NCBI GenBank assembly: GCA_005893275.1
Contig: VBOW01000020.1
Coordinates: forward strand, 23,870-87,869
Length of the DNA stretch: 64,000 bases
Origin: Candidatus Eiseniibacteriota bacterium
GTDB taxonomy: Bacteria > Eisenbacteria > RBG-16-71-46 > SZUA-252
Direction: 5' to 3'
The position numbers were made by a program, and so were the translations under genes. Under the pieces are notes generated by a model. The model ran no database searches. It worked only from the letters and a program-made list of their open reading frames with translations, and was not told the DNA's origin. Shown piece after piece: positions 47,244 to 56,981 of this stretch (positions within the stretch are counted from its first letter, which is position 1; every line of letters starts with the position of its first letter).

Positions 47244-47933
47244 ATGCGGCGTACGAAGCGATCCACGATCGAAGACATGGCAGACGGCGAGCGGCCGCCG
47301 GAGCGGCTGCTCGGCTCGGGCCCCGGCGTCTTGACGGACGCGGACTTGGTGGCCGTGCTCTTCGGCACGGGCGGGCCCGGCGAAGGAATTCTCGAGTTAT
47401 CGGCGCGGGTCACCGGGGCGATCCCGCTTCGCCAGCTCCATCGCGTGCCGGTGGAGGAGCTTCTACAAATACGCGGGATGGGCAAGGCGCGCGCTGCGCA
47501 GCTCCTCGCCGCCGCGGAGCTGGGGCGGAGGCTGTGGCCGGATGGGGACCCCGCGCCCCTCGTGCGCGGTCCGGAGACGGTCTTCGATCTGACGCGGGAC
47601 ATTCGCACCGCGAACCGGGAGCACTTCGTCGGCTTCTATTTGAACTCGCGGAACCAGGTGCTTCGCCGCGAGATCATTTCCATCGGGAGCCTGAACGCGA
47701 GCATCGTCCACCCGCGTGAGGTCTATCAGCCCGCGATCGCGGTCTCGGCCGCGAGCTTGATCCTCGCGCATAATCACCCAAGCGGAGACCCGACCCCCAG
47801 CGAGGAGGATCTGGCGATCACCCGCCGCCTCGTGGAGGCGGGGCGGATCCTGGGCATCGACATCCTGGATCACGTCGTGGTCGCGAGGGATGCGTACGCA
47901 AGCTTCAAGGAAAGAAAGCTGCTTCATGGCTAA
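47244..47933 (+). CDS. radC: RadC/UPF0758 (JAB/MPN domain) protein
   Basis: HhH region GMGKARAAQLLAAAELGRR. JAMM region HFVGFYLNSRNQVLRREIISIGSLNASIVHPREV...LILAHNHPSGDPTPSEEDLAITRRL. Confidence 0.85.
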   Translation: MRRTKRSTIEDMADGERPPERLLGSGPGVLTDADLVAVLFGTGGPGEGILELSARVTGAIPLRQLHRVPVEELLQIRGMGKARAAQLLAAAELGRRLWPDGDPAPLVRGPETVFDLTRDIRTANREHFVGFYLNSRNQVLRREIISIGSLNASIVHPREVYQPAIAVSAASLILAHNHPSGDPTPSEEDLAITRRLVEAGRILGIDILDHVVVARDAYASFKERKLLHG

Positions 47934-49101
47934 GGCGACCCTTTTCGGTGTCATCCTCTGCGCCGTCGTCGCGGGCTGTGCCGGAGGGCGCGGCGCAGGC
48001 CCCTCGATTCCCGAGGGGACGGTCGCGATCCCGGGGCTGCTCGCGGAGGCCGATTCGGCCGCCGCGCGGGGGAACGCGGCGGACGCGCGCAGCATCTACG
48101 CGCGCGCGGCGCGGGCGGCGGAGCGCTCGGGGGCGCGCCCGCTCGAGATCCGCGCGGAGCTGGGCGCGGGCCTCATGTCGCTCGCGCTCGCCGACGCCGA
48201 GTCCGCCCGGCGCTCCCTTCTGCGCGCGGTCGAATTGGATCCGAATAACGCGGCGGCGCACGTGGCGCTCGGGCGCTACCACGCCGCGATCCACCACTAC
48301 AAAGACGCCAAGGAGGAATTCGATCGCGCCGCGGCTCTGGACTCGCTGAGCGCGGAACCGCTCTATCGCTTGGGCCTTGCCTATATTGGGGCGGGGGAGA
48401 CGAAGCTCGCCGCCGAGGCGCTCACCCGCGCCCTGGGACGCGATCCGGGGCATGCCCCATCCCAAGAGGCTCTGAGCACCCTCTTGGATTCGCGCTATCT
48501 CGCCGCGGGCCTGCCGGCCGGCTACGGCGCGCTGCGCACCCATCCGAGCGTCTCCCGCGGGGAGCTGGGGGTGATGCTCGCCGCGGAGCTGGGCGCCGAT
48601 CCGGAGCGGCCGAGCTGGCGCGGCGCGAAGGACTATCCATCGGACACGGAGGAGGCGCGCGGTGCCTGGGGGGAGCGTTGGGTCCGGGTCTCGCTGGCAC
48701 GCGGATGGATTTCTCCTTTTCCCGACGGCTCCTATCATCTGGGCGATCCGGTCACGCGCGGAGCGCTCGCGCTCTTGATCGCGGACATCGAGAGGGGCTG
48801 GGCGCAGGGTGCGTCCGGGTCGCGGGCAGCCCCGTCGGGCGCGCGGGCGGAGGATCCGGCCGCGGCAGGAGGGCTCTCGACGCCCGATCCATTTCCCGAC
48901 CTTGGCACCCGCCACTACCTCTTCCGCCCTGCGCAGGAGGCGGTGCGGGTCGGCCTCCCGCTTCGTCCGGAAGGGCGCTTCGAGCCCTGGGCGTCGGTAA
49001 CCGGATCGGAGGCGCTCGCCGCGCTCAAGGGCCTCGCGCGGACGGTGGGTGTCGAGGCCGTTCTTCCGGGGGAACCGGGCAAGGAGGGCATGGTAAAATA
49101 G
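47926..49101 (+). CDS. Lipoprotein with TPR repeats and two C-terminal SLH-like domains
   Basis: Lipobox VVAGCAGG. TPR helices (ARGNAADARSIYARAARAAERSG...). SLH-like GWISPFPDGSYHLGDPVTRGALALLIADI and FPDLGTRHYLFRPAQEAV. ATG at 47926 overlaps the radC stop. Confidence 0.55.
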   Translation: MAKATLFGVILCAVVAGCAGGRGAGPSIPEGTVAIPGLLAEADSAAARGNAADARSIYARAARAAERSGARPLEIRAELGAGLMSLALADAESARRSLLRAVELDPNNAAAHVALGRYHAAIHHYKDAKEEFDRAAALDSLSAEPLYRLGLAYIGAGETKLAAEALTRALGRDPGHAPSQEALSTLLDSRYLAAGLPAGYGALRTHPSVSRGELGVMLAAELGADPERPSWRGAKDYPSDTEEARGAWGERWVRVSLARGWISPFPDGSYHLGDPVTRGALALLIADIERGWAQGASGSRAAPSGARAEDPAAAGGLSTPDPFPDLGTRHYLFRPAQEAVRVGLPLRPEGRFEPWASVTGSEALAALKGLARTVGVEAVLPGEPGKEGMVK

Positions 49102-49104
49102 GGC

Positions 49105-51924
49105 GTGACCCTCCCTCGCGCCGCTGCTTCCCCGCTGGTCATCGCGCTTTGCGCGATGGGGGGCCTTGCACCAGGGCAGGGGCGGGCGGGTGTTGACGCA
49201 TCTTCTTCGTTTGAAGGTACTTCCGCTTTAGCCTCTACCAAAGCCTACCCCCAGCCGAGCCTCGGCAGCGTGAGCCCTGTTCGCGCACGCGCGCCGTCGG
49301 CGCGCACCTATCGCAGCGGCCAGGCGAACCAGGCGGGCGACACCGTCTGGGTCTTCCGCGACAGCCTGGAGACCAGGTCCAGCCCCTCGAACGAGGGTGG
49401 CTGGACCCACCAGGACGCCTCGTTTCAGCCCGCCGCCTGGCACATCGACACGGTGTACGGCTGTGAGGGGCACTCCTTCTGGTGCGGCCGGATCGATTCG
49501 AGCTGGGTCAATGACGCGAATAGGCGCGGATACGACAACAGCTGGACGCAGATGCTGAGCAACTACGTGAATCTCTTGTCGGCGGCGAGCCCGGTGAAGA
49601 TCTCGTTCCGACACCAACTGGAAGCCGAATCAGGATTCGATTACGGGACCCTCGAGGTGCTCGATCTGGACGCCGGCTGGCTCCCCCTGAGGACCTGGAC
49701 AGGGTCGGTCCACGGCCAGAGCGGCGCGCCCTGCGATACGTTCACGATCCAGATCCCCGACTCGATTATGGCGAAATACAACCCCGTCCAGTTCCGGTTC
49801 GTCTTCACGAGCGATATCCAAGGGTCCGCCGCGGACGGCATCTCCGCGCCGGCAGATGGCTGGTCCGTGGACAACGTGACGGTGAAAGCGGGGACCACCG
49901 ACCTTCGATTCTTCGATGATTTCGAATCCGGCCCCGGAACCTGGACCGTATCGACCTTTCCCGCCGTGGGGGACAACTGGCGGATTCAGGCGAACGTCCC
50001 GGGGGAGCAGGTGTGCACGAGCAACACCAGCAAGGTCTGGACGGTGACCAGCCCTTCGACCGGGGCGCTCATCCCCCGGATGGACGACAAGCTGATCAGC
50101 CCGCCTGTCTTCGTGAACCGGGCCGACCAGGTGTTTGCCGCATTCGACGTCTACCGGAATCTGCCGCTTTTCTCCTGCTTTTACTACAACGTCAAGTTCC
50201 GCACGCGGAACGCGGGCGCGGCGTGGTCCCTGTGGAGCCAGTCCTCGAGCCAGATCTATTTCGGGACCGAGAAGGAATGGATGCGGCAGACGGTGGCCCT
50301 CCCGGGCGCCGCCGGCAAGGATTCGGTGGAGTTCATGTTGAACGTGAAGGATTACTCCCAGGTCTACTGCGACGGCGTCTCCACGCCCAGCGGGACCGCC
50401 GTCTATTTCGATAACCTGGCGCTCGGGGTCCGGGGGCTCGCCCCGCCGTCGATCCTCGTGTCGGAACAGGACCTGTTCCAGGACACGTTCAACACCGCCC
50501 CCTTCTGGGCGGACGACAACTTCAACTCCCCCGCCGGGGACAGCACGTCGGTCCGGCTCTCCGCGTCCCGCGGGCTCAAGCAGGCCACCTTCTTCTACAG
50601 CCTGAACGGCGGTTCCTTCGCGGGCCTCCCGCTCGCGCCCTTCGGCCCCTCGATCCCGGCCGCCTATTCGGCCGACGTTCCCGCGGGCTCCTACCCGCGG
50701 GGCACGCGGCTTCGATACTACTTCTCGGTAACCGATTCTCTCAACGAGACAGTCACGCTCCCGTCGGACGCGCTTGCGGCATCCCATTATTTCGACGCGA
50801 CCGTGCTGCCCGCGATCCAGGCCCCGTCCGCTGCCTGCGCGGGAGACACGGCCAAGGTGCTCTACGTGAACGCGTTCTCGGGACCGGACGGCGGAGCTTC
50901 CATGGATCAGGCTCTCACGGCGCTGGGCCTGCGCTTCGACCGCTACGACGTGAACGCAGCGGCGAACTCATTCGGCAACTCGCCCGGAGGCGGCACGCCG
51001 GGCCCGACGCGCACCTGGCCGGCCACGACGGCCGCCACGCTCGGAATGTACTCGGCGATCATCTGGGATGTCGGCGAGCGCTCTTCTTCCACCCTCACCC
51101 GGGAAGATCAGCAGCTCCTGGAAGCGTGGGTCAAGCGTCCCGGGAAGAATCGGGGGCTCCTGGCCGCGGGCGACAACCTCGCGTACGACCTCGTGGTCAA
51201 CGCGCAGGATATCGGCACCTTCCTCACCTGCACGCTCGGGACCACGTACGTCCGGGACATCTGGGAGAACACGCCCCAGGATTCGCTCACCCCGACCTTG
51301 GCGGGGGCGGCGGGAACCCGGATCACGTCCGAGCCCTTCCCGCTGGACGGACGATGCCCGTCGCTCAACCGATTCGACGCGCTGGCGACGTCCTCTTGCG
51401 CCGGGCCCAAGGCACGGGGTTGGATCGCGTATCCGAACGCGATGCTTGCTTCGATCGAGAAACGAGATTCCGTCGGCGTCGTCGCGGACTCCTCGCGCTC
51501 CGTCCTGCTCGGGTTCAGCCTGGCGGGCATTTCCAGCTCCACGCGGCGCAACCTGCTTCTCTACCGGACGATCGTCGGGGAGTTCGAGGTCCCGGGCTGT
51601 TACGTCGCGACGGGGGTCGAGGAAACGTCCGCGGAGGCCGCGTCGCCCACCGCGCGCCTTTTCGGGGCCGCGCCGAACCCGTTCAATCCACGGACGTCGA
51701 TCCGATTCACGCTCTCACGCCCCGCGCGCATCCGGCTCCTCATCTTCGACGTCTCGGGCGCCCGGGTCCGCAGCCTTGCCGACGGGATGCTTCCGGCCGG
51801 TGACCATCACATCACCTGGGATGGGAAGAACGACCGCGGGCGAGACCTGGCGAGCGGCGCCTACTTCTACCGGCTCGAGGCGGACCGGGAGGCCCAGGCC
51901 AAAAAGCTCATCCTCTTGCGCTGA
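49105..51924 (+). CDS. Large secreted protein with C-terminal FlgD-Ig-like / T9SS-type sorting domain
   Basis: C-terminal NPFNPRTSIRFTLSRPARIRLLIFDVSGARVRSLADGMLPAGDHHITWDGKNDRGRDLASGAYFYRLEA matches the TIGR04183/FlgD_ig family CTD. No catalytic domain recognised. Confidence 0.65.
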   Translation: MTLPRAAASPLVIALCAMGGLAPGQGRAGVDASSSFEGTSALASTKAYPQPSLGSVSPVRARAPSARTYRSGQANQAGDTVWVFRDSLETRSSPSNEGGWTHQDASFQPAAWHIDTVYGCEGHSFWCGRIDSSWVNDANRRGYDNSWTQMLSNYVNLLSAASPVKISFRHQLEAESGFDYGTLEVLDLDAGWLPLRTWTGSVHGQSGAPCDTFTIQIPDSIMAKYNPVQFRFVFTSDIQGSAADGISAPADGWSVDNVTVKAGTTDLRFFDDFESGPGTWTVSTFPAVGDNWRIQANVPGEQVCTSNTSKVWTVTSPSTGALIPRMDDKLISPPVFVNRADQVFAAFDVYRNLPLFSCFYYNVKFRTRNAGAAWSLWSQSSSQIYFGTEKEWMRQTVALPGAAGKDSVEFMLNVKDYSQVYCDGVSTPSGTAVYFDNLALGVRGLAPPSILVSEQDLFQDTFNTAPFWADDNFNSPAGDSTSVRLSASRGLKQATFFYSLNGGSFAGLPLAPFGPSIPAAYSADVPAGSYPRGTRLRYYFSVTDSLNETVTLPSDALAASHYFDATVLPAIQAPSAACAGDTAKVLYVNAFSGPDGGASMDQALTALGLRFDRYDVNAAANSFGNSPGGGTPGPTRTWPATTAATLGMYSAIIWDVGERSSSTLTREDQQLLEAWVKRPGKNRGLLAAGDNLAYDLVVNAQDIGTFLTCTLGTTYVRDIWENTPQDSLTPTLAGAAGTRITSEPFPLDGRCPSLNRFDALATSSCAGPKARGWIAYPNAMLASIEKRDSVGVVADSSRSVLLGFSLAGISSSTRRNLLLYRTIVGEFEVPGCYVATGVEETSAEAASPTARLFGAAPNPFNPRTSIRFTLSRPARIRLLIFDVSGARVRSLADGMLPAGDHHITWDGKNDRGRDLASGAYFYRLEADREAQAKKLILLR

Positions 51925-51954
51925 CGGCCGTTTCGCTCTAAGATCCCCTCGATC

Positions 51955-52090
51955 AGCAGACATCCTTCGGGGCGGGGTGAAAGTCCCCACCGGCGGTGAC
52001 AGCCCGCGAGCCAAAGGGTCGAGGACCCGGCGGCAGATCCGGCGAGATTCCGGAGCCGACAGTTACAGTCTGGATGGGAGAAGGATGGCC
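51955..52090 (+). ncRNA. FMN riboswitch (RFN element) aptamer
   Basis: P1 ATCCTTC(51962-68)...GAAGGAT(52080-86). Conserved core GGGGCGGGGTGAAAGTCCCCACCGGCGGTGACAGCCCGCGAGCC...GGCAGATCCGGCGAGATTCCGGAGCCGACAGTTACAGTCTGGATGGGAGAAGGAT. It lies directly 5' of ribD. Confidence 0.85.
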
Positions 52091-52126
52091 ACATTTGGAC
52101 GGATGCGTCCGGCCCCTGGCCGCGTG

Positions 52127-52162
52127 CGCCCCGCGGGTGTCTGCCTGCGGGGCGTTTATTTT
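52127..52162 (+). terminator. Rho-independent terminator (riboswitch expression platform)
   Basis: GC stem CCCCGCGGG/CCTGCGGGG (one G·U wobble) followed by CGTTTATTTT, ~10 nt upstream of the ribD SD GAGGAGG. Confidence 0.55.
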
Positions 52163-52173
52163 ATGAGGAGGTC

Positions 52174-53349
52174 ATGAATATCCGGGTCGCACCGATCGGC
52201 AAGGACTCCCGGGAGAAGGGGCCGTCCCGTCCCGTCTCGACGGCCGAAGAGAGCATGATGCGCGCGGCGATCCGGCTCGCGCGGCGAGGCATCGGCACGA
52301 CCCATCCCAATCCGCGCGTCGGAGCCTTGGTCCTTCGCGGCGGAGAAGTCGTGGGCCGGGGCTACCACGCGCGCGCCGGCGAGCCACACGCGGAGGTGCG
52401 GGCGCTCCAAGAAGCGGGGGCCCGTGCCCGAGGGGGGACGCTCGTCTCGACCCTGGAGCCCTGCGCGCACCAGGGCCGCACCCCGCCGTGCGTCGATGCG
52501 ATCCTTGGTTCCGGAGTTCGGCGGGTCGTGCTCGGCATGCGCGATCCGAACCCGCTCGTGGACGGACGCGGCGTGAGCAGTCTTCGGGCGGCGGGCATCG
52601 AGGTCGTCGAGGACGTGCTGAGCGCGGACTGCCGAGACCTGAATCTTCCGTATCTGAAGTTCCTCGCGACCGGCTTTCCGTGGGTGACGCTCAAATCGAT
52701 GGTGTCGCTCGACGGGCGGGTCGCGAGCGAGAGCGGCGATTCGCGGGGGTTGGGGGGAGCGGCGGAGCTCAAGCTGTGCCACAAGCTGCGCGCCGGCCAG
52801 GACGCGGTCCTGGTCGGGATCGGGACCGTGCTCGCCGATGACCCCGAGCTGACGGTTCGCCTCGCGCGGGGGAGGAGCCCGCTTCGGATCGTGCTCGACT
52901 CGCATCTCCGCATTCCGCTCGGTTCGCGGCTGGTCCAATCGGCCGCGTGGGTTCCGCTTTTGATCGCGACCGTGTCGGAGGATCGCGACCTGGGCGACGC
53001 CCTTGCCCGCCGCGGAGCCCGGATCTGGCGCTTCGAGGGCGATGGAACGGGGCGCGTGCCGCTGCGCCCGCTCTTCAAGCGGCTCGCGGGGGAGGGGGTG
53101 CTCTCCATCCTCGTGGAAGGGGGGCCAACGGTGCATACCGCCCTCCTGCGCGAGGGGCTCGCCGACCGCGTTGCGATCGGCCTGGCACCCCTCATCGTGG
53201 GCGGCACGAAGGCTCCGACCTGGACCCGGGACCTGGGACGCCCGCGCTTAGACGAGGCCTTGGAGGTCGACTCGCTCGTGATGCGGCGCGTGGGACGCGA
53301 TCTTTGGATCGAGGGGTCGCTCCGCACGCAGGGGCCCCGCGATGTTTAG
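52174..53349 (+). CDS. ribD: Bifunctional diaminohydroxyphosphoribosylaminopyrimidine deaminase / 5-amino-6-(5-phosphoribosylamino)uracil reductase
   Basis: HAEVRAL...EPCAHQGRTPPC is the CDA zinc motif, plus a C-terminal reductase domain. SD GAGGAGG lies 6 nt upstream of ATG 52174. Confidence 0.9.
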   Translation: MNIRVAPIGKDSREKGPSRPVSTAEESMMRAAIRLARRGIGTTHPNPRVGALVLRGGEVVGRGYHARAGEPHAEVRALQEAGARARGGTLVSTLEPCAHQGRTPPCVDAILGSGVRRVVLGMRDPNPLVDGRGVSSLRAAGIEVVEDVLSADCRDLNLPYLKFLATGFPWVTLKSMVSLDGRVASESGDSRGLGGAAELKLCHKLRAGQDAVLVGIGTVLADDPELTVRLARGRSPLRIVLDSHLRIPLGSRLVQSAAWVPLLIATVSEDRDLGDALARRGARIWRFEGDGTGRVPLRPLFKRLAGEGVLSILVEGGPTVHTALLREGLADRVAIGLAPLIVGGTKAPTWTRDLGRPRLDEALEVDSLVMRRVGRDLWIEGSLRTQGPRDV

Positions 53350-53980
53350 CGGCATCGTGGAGCGCATCGGGCGAGTCGAAAGGGTCGAGCGCACGCCGGA
53401 AGGCTCGGCTCGGCTGGCGATACGAGCCGGGTTCGGGACGCCGCCTCCGCCGGGGGCTAGCGTCGCGGTGAACGGCGTCTGCCTCACCGTCGAGAGCGCG
53501 CACGGCGACCTCATCCATGCCACGGCCGTGCCGGAAACGCTCCGCCAGACGACGCTGGGGAGGCTCTCGGCCGGCAGCCGGGTCAACCTCGAGCGCGCGC
53601 TCAGGGTCGGCGACGAGATCGGCGGGCATTGGGTGCAGGGACACGTGGACGCCGCGGCGAGGGTCGCCTCGATCGGGCGTACGGGAAGCGACGTGCTCCT
53701 CGCGGTGGAGATTCCCGGTGCGCTCCGACCGTACGTGGCCCCGAAGGGGTCCTTGGCGGTGGACGGAGTGAGCCTGACGGTCGCCGCGTGGGAGGAGCCT
53801 CACGCGACCGTGGCGCTCGTGCCCTACACGCTCGAGCACACCATCGCATCGGAATACCAAGAAGGGGGAATCGTGAACCTGGAGGTGGATATCCTGGCGC
53901 GATACCTCGAGCGCCTCATGGTGTCTCGGGGGATCGTCGCACCGTCCCGCCCCGCCGCGGCGGACGCGAGGCGGTCATGA
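53342..53980 (+). CDS. ribE: Riboflavin synthase
   Basis: [12 protein letters not shown]...[10 protein letters not shown]...[10 protein letters not shown] is the lumazine-binding repeat pair. Confidence 0.9.
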   Translation: MFSGIVERIGRVERVERTPEGSARLAIRAGFGTPPPPGASVAVNGVCLTVESAHGDLIHATAVPETLRQTTLGRLSAGSRVNLERALRVGDEIGGHWVQGHVDAAARVASIGRTGSDVLLAVEIPGALRPYVAPKGSLAVDGVSLTVAAWEEPHATVALVPYTLEHTIASEYQEGGIVNLEVDILARYLERLMVSRGIVAPSRPAAADARRS

Positions 53981-55305
53981 AGCGCGCGGGCTCGTTGCAC
54001 GGCCGCGCGGGTGGTCGCGATGCGCCCGCGGGGCGCGCCGAGGGATTCGCCGCGTCTCTCTCGACGATCGAAGAGGCGCTCCGAGATATCCAGGCGGGCA
54101 GGATGGTCGTGGTGGTGGACGACGAAGACCGCGAGAACGAGGGGGACTTCGTGATGGCCGCCGAGAAGACCACGTCCGCCGACGTCAACTTCATGGCGCG
54201 CGAGGCCCGCGGCCTGATCTGCGTCTCCATGACCAGCGGGAGGCTCGGCGCGCTGGGGCTATCGCTCATGGCGCCGATCAACACGGCGCGTTTCTCCACT
54301 CCGTTCACGGTCTCGGTCGATCTGCTTCGGGGCACGACCTCCGGTTCTTCGGCTCATGACCGCGCGCTCACAATTCGCGCGCTCGCCGATCCGAAGACAA
54401 AGCCCGAGGACTTGGCCCGGCCGGGGCACGTGTTCCCGCTCCGGGCTTTGGACGAGGGGGTCCTGAAGCGACCCGGGCACACCGAAGCGGCGCTCGATCT
54501 GGTGCGGCTCGCGGGATTGCGTCCGGCGGGGCTCCTCTGCGAGATCCTTTCGCCGGACGGGCGGATGGCGAGCGGTCATGAGCTGATCCGGATCGCCCGG
54601 CGCCACCGGCTCAAGCTCGTCACGATCCGCGATCTGATCCGCTACCGGTACCGCCACGAGCGCCACGTCAAGCGGGTCGCGTCCTCGCGGCTCCCGACGC
54701 GCTTCGGGAATTTCCGCGTGGTCGTTTACGAGAGCCTGGTGGATGGCCACCACCACGTCGCGCTCGTCAAGGGATCGGGCGGCGGCAAGCCGCGGCTCGT
54801 GAGGGTTCACTCCCAGTGCCTGACCGGAGACGTGTTCGGCTCGCTGCGGTGCGATTGCGGCGAGCAGATGGAAGCCGCCCTCGAGCGGATCGATCGCGAG
54901 GGCGCGGGCGCGTTCCTCTACATGCGCCAGGAGGGACGGGGCATCGGTCTCGCGAACAAGCTGCGAGCCTACGAGCTGCAAGACCTGGGGCTGGATACGG
55001 TCGAGGCGAATCTCAAGCTCGGATTCGCTCCCGACCTGCGCGATTACGGCGTGGCCGCGCAGATCCTGCGCGATCTGGGCTACGCGAGAGTCCGGCTCCT
55101 CACCAACAATCCGCGGAAGATCGATGCGCTCCGCGAGTACGGGATCGAGGTCGTCGCCCGGGAGCCGCTCGAGATCATACCGAACGCCGCCAATGCCCGT
55201 TACCTCGCGACGAAGCGTGAGCGGCTGGGGCATCTGCTTCACCATCCCGCTCTCGGAGGCGCCGCCCCGGCGCACACCAACGGAAAACGGGGAACCCGGG
55301 CGTGA
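53977..55305 (+). CDS. ribBA: Bifunctional 3,4-dihydroxy-2-butanone-4-phosphate synthase / GTP cyclohydrolase II
   Basis: DHBP synthase [41 protein letters not shown]...[15 protein letters not shown] overlap with ribE. Confidence 0.9.
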   Translation: MKRAGSLHGRAGGRDAPAGRAEGFAASLSTIEEALRDIQAGRMVVVVDDEDRENEGDFVMAAEKTTSADVNFMAREARGLICVSMTSGRLGALGLSLMAPINTARFSTPFTVSVDLLRGTTSGSSAHDRALTIRALADPKTKPEDLARPGHVFPLRALDEGVLKRPGHTEAALDLVRLAGLRPAGLLCEILSPDGRMASGHELIRIARRHRLKLVTIRDLIRYRYRHERHVKRVASSRLPTRFGNFRVVVYESLVDGHHHVALVKGSGGGKPRLVRVHSQCLTGDVFGSLRCDCGEQMEAALERIDREGAGAFLYMRQEGRGIGLANKLRAYELQDLGLDTVEANLKLGFAPDLRDYGVAAQILRDLGYARVRLLTNNPRKIDALREYGIEVVAREPLEIIPNAANARYLATKRERLGHLLHHPALGGAAPAHTNGKRGTRA

Positions 55306-55367
55306 GCCCTGCGCGTCGCCCCGCGCCGGCGCGCCGTTCGCCACGGAGGGCTGCCGAGTTCCCGGAA

Positions 55368-55838
55368 GTGATCCAAGGCTCCCTCGACGGCGCGGGGCTC
55401 AGGATCGCGATCGTGGTCTCGCGGTTCAACGAGTTCGTCGGGAATCGACTCCTGGACGGCGCGCTCCGCGCCCTCGAGGGCCACGGAGTCCGGGCGCGCG
55501 ACACCGTCGTGATCAAGGTCCCGGGAGCTTTTGAGATCCCGCCCGTCGCGAGGCTCCTGGCGGATTCGGGTCGCCACGACTCCGTGATCTGCCTCGGCGC
55601 CGTGCTGCGGGGGGAGACGCCGCACTTCGATCGGGTCGCCGGAGAGGCTTCGCACGGGATCGCGCGCGCGTCGTTTGAAACCGGTGTGCCCGTGCTCTTC
55701 GGCGTTCTCACCGTCGATACCCTCGATCAGGCGCTCGACCGCTCGGGAGGGAAGCATGGGAACAAGGGCGCGGAGGTCGCGGAGGGCGCCATCGAGATGG
55801 CCAGGCTCGTGCGCGCGCTCGCCGCGAAACAGCGTTGA
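55368..55838 (+). CDS. ribH: 6,7-dimethyl-8-ribityllumazine synthase
   Basis: GLRIAIVVSRFNEFV...VPGAFEIP...VLRGETPHFD. GTG at 55368 gives a canonical N-terminus; the track ORF starts earlier at 55302. Confidence 0.88.
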   Translation: MIQGSLDGAGLRIAIVVSRFNEFVGNRLLDGALRALEGHGVRARDTVVIKVPGAFEIPPVARLLADSGRHDSVICLGAVLRGETPHFDRVAGEASHGIARASFETGVPVLFGVLTVDTLDQALDRSGGKHGNKGAEVAEGAIEMARLVRALAAKQR

Positions 55839-56254
55839 CCCGCCGGCGACAGGCGCGCGAGCTCGCCTTTCGGGCCGCGTACCAGGCGGACGTCACCGGG
55901 GATCCAATCGACCGCTGCCTCGAGGAGATTCTGGAGGACCTCGAACAAGCGGCGGATCCCGAGACCAAGGAATTCGCCTCCTCGCTCGTGTCCACGCTCG
56001 CGCGGCATCAGCCCGAAATCGACTCTGTGGTCTCCCGGATCGCCAAGAACTGGTCGCTCTCGCGCATGGCGGCCACCGATCGCTCGGTCATCCGGCTCGC
56101 CGCGGCGGAGCTTCTCTACCACGCCGAGGTGCCGGTGCGGGTTACGCTTGACGAAGCGATCGAAATCGCCAAGAAATACGGCATGGAAACGTCCGGCGCG
56201 TTCGTGAACGGTATCCTGGATCGCCTGGCCCACGACGTGCGGCCTCCTGGATGA
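55835..56254 (+). CDS. nusB: Transcription antitermination factor NusB
   Basis: ARELAFRAAYQADV...VIRLAAAELLY...VNGILD. Classic ribH-nusB adjacency. Confidence 0.9.
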   Translation: MTRRRQARELAFRAAYQADVTGDPIDRCLEEILEDLEQAADPETKEFASSLVSTLARHQPEIDSVVSRIAKNWSLSRMAATDRSVIRLAAAELLYHAEVPVRVTLDEAIEIAKKYGMETSGAFVNGILDRLAHDVRPPG

Positions 56255-56976
56255 AGACGGCTCTTCTCTCGGACGTTCACGCCAATCTCGAGGCGCTGGA
56301 GGCGGTCCTCAACGCCGTGGACGAGCGCGGCGCGGGCCGGATCCTCTGCCTGGGCGACGCCGTCGGCTACGGCGCGAGCCCGAACGAGTGTCTCAAGCTC
56401 ATCCGCGAGCGTTGCCAGGTGGTTCTCTTGGGAAATCACGATTCCGCGGCGAGCGGCGGACCGGAAGCCGCGCGATTCAACCCGAACGCGAAAGCGGCCG
56501 CGCTCTGGACCGCCAAGACCCTGACGCCCGATCACCGCGATTACCTGCGCGGGCTCTCTCCGTGCGAGAGAGTCGAGCCGTATTTCTACACTCACGCATC
56601 GCCCGCGGCACCGCGTGATTGGGAATACATCTTCGATCGCTTCGACGCCGAGCCCCAGTTTCAATTCTTCACCGAGCCCGCGTGCTTCATCGGCCACACC
56701 CACCAGCCCGCCATCTTCGAGCGCTCCGACTCGGGGTGCGTCTTCTTGCCGCCCACGCGCCTCCTGTTCCATCCCGCCTACCGCTACATCGTGAACGTCG
56801 GGAGCGTTGGACAGCCCCGGGACCACGATCCGAGGGCCTGCTTCGTCCTCCTCAACGAGTCCGCGGGGGACATCGAATTCGTTCGTGTGCCCTATGATAT
56901 CGAGGCCGCGCAGGGGAAGATCCGGGCCGCGCGGCTGCCGGCGGTGCTGGCCTCGCGGCTCGCGACCGGAGAGTAG
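56251..56976 (+). CDS. Metallophosphoesterase (calcineurin-like, YfcE/Icc family)
   Basis: LSDVHANLEAL...CLGDAVGYG...GNHD are phosphoesterase motifs. Confidence 0.8.
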   Translation: MKTALLSDVHANLEALEAVLNAVDERGAGRILCLGDAVGYGASPNECLKLIRERCQVVLLGNHDSAASGGPEAARFNPNAKAAALWTAKTLTPDHRDYLRGLSPCERVEPYFYTHASPAAPRDWEYIFDRFDAEPQFQFFTEPACFIGHTHQPAIFERSDSGCVFLPPTRLLFHPAYRYIVNVGSVGQPRDHDPRACFVLLNESAGDIEFVRVPYDIEAAQGKIRAARLPAVLASRLATGE

Positions 56977-56981
56977 GCGGC

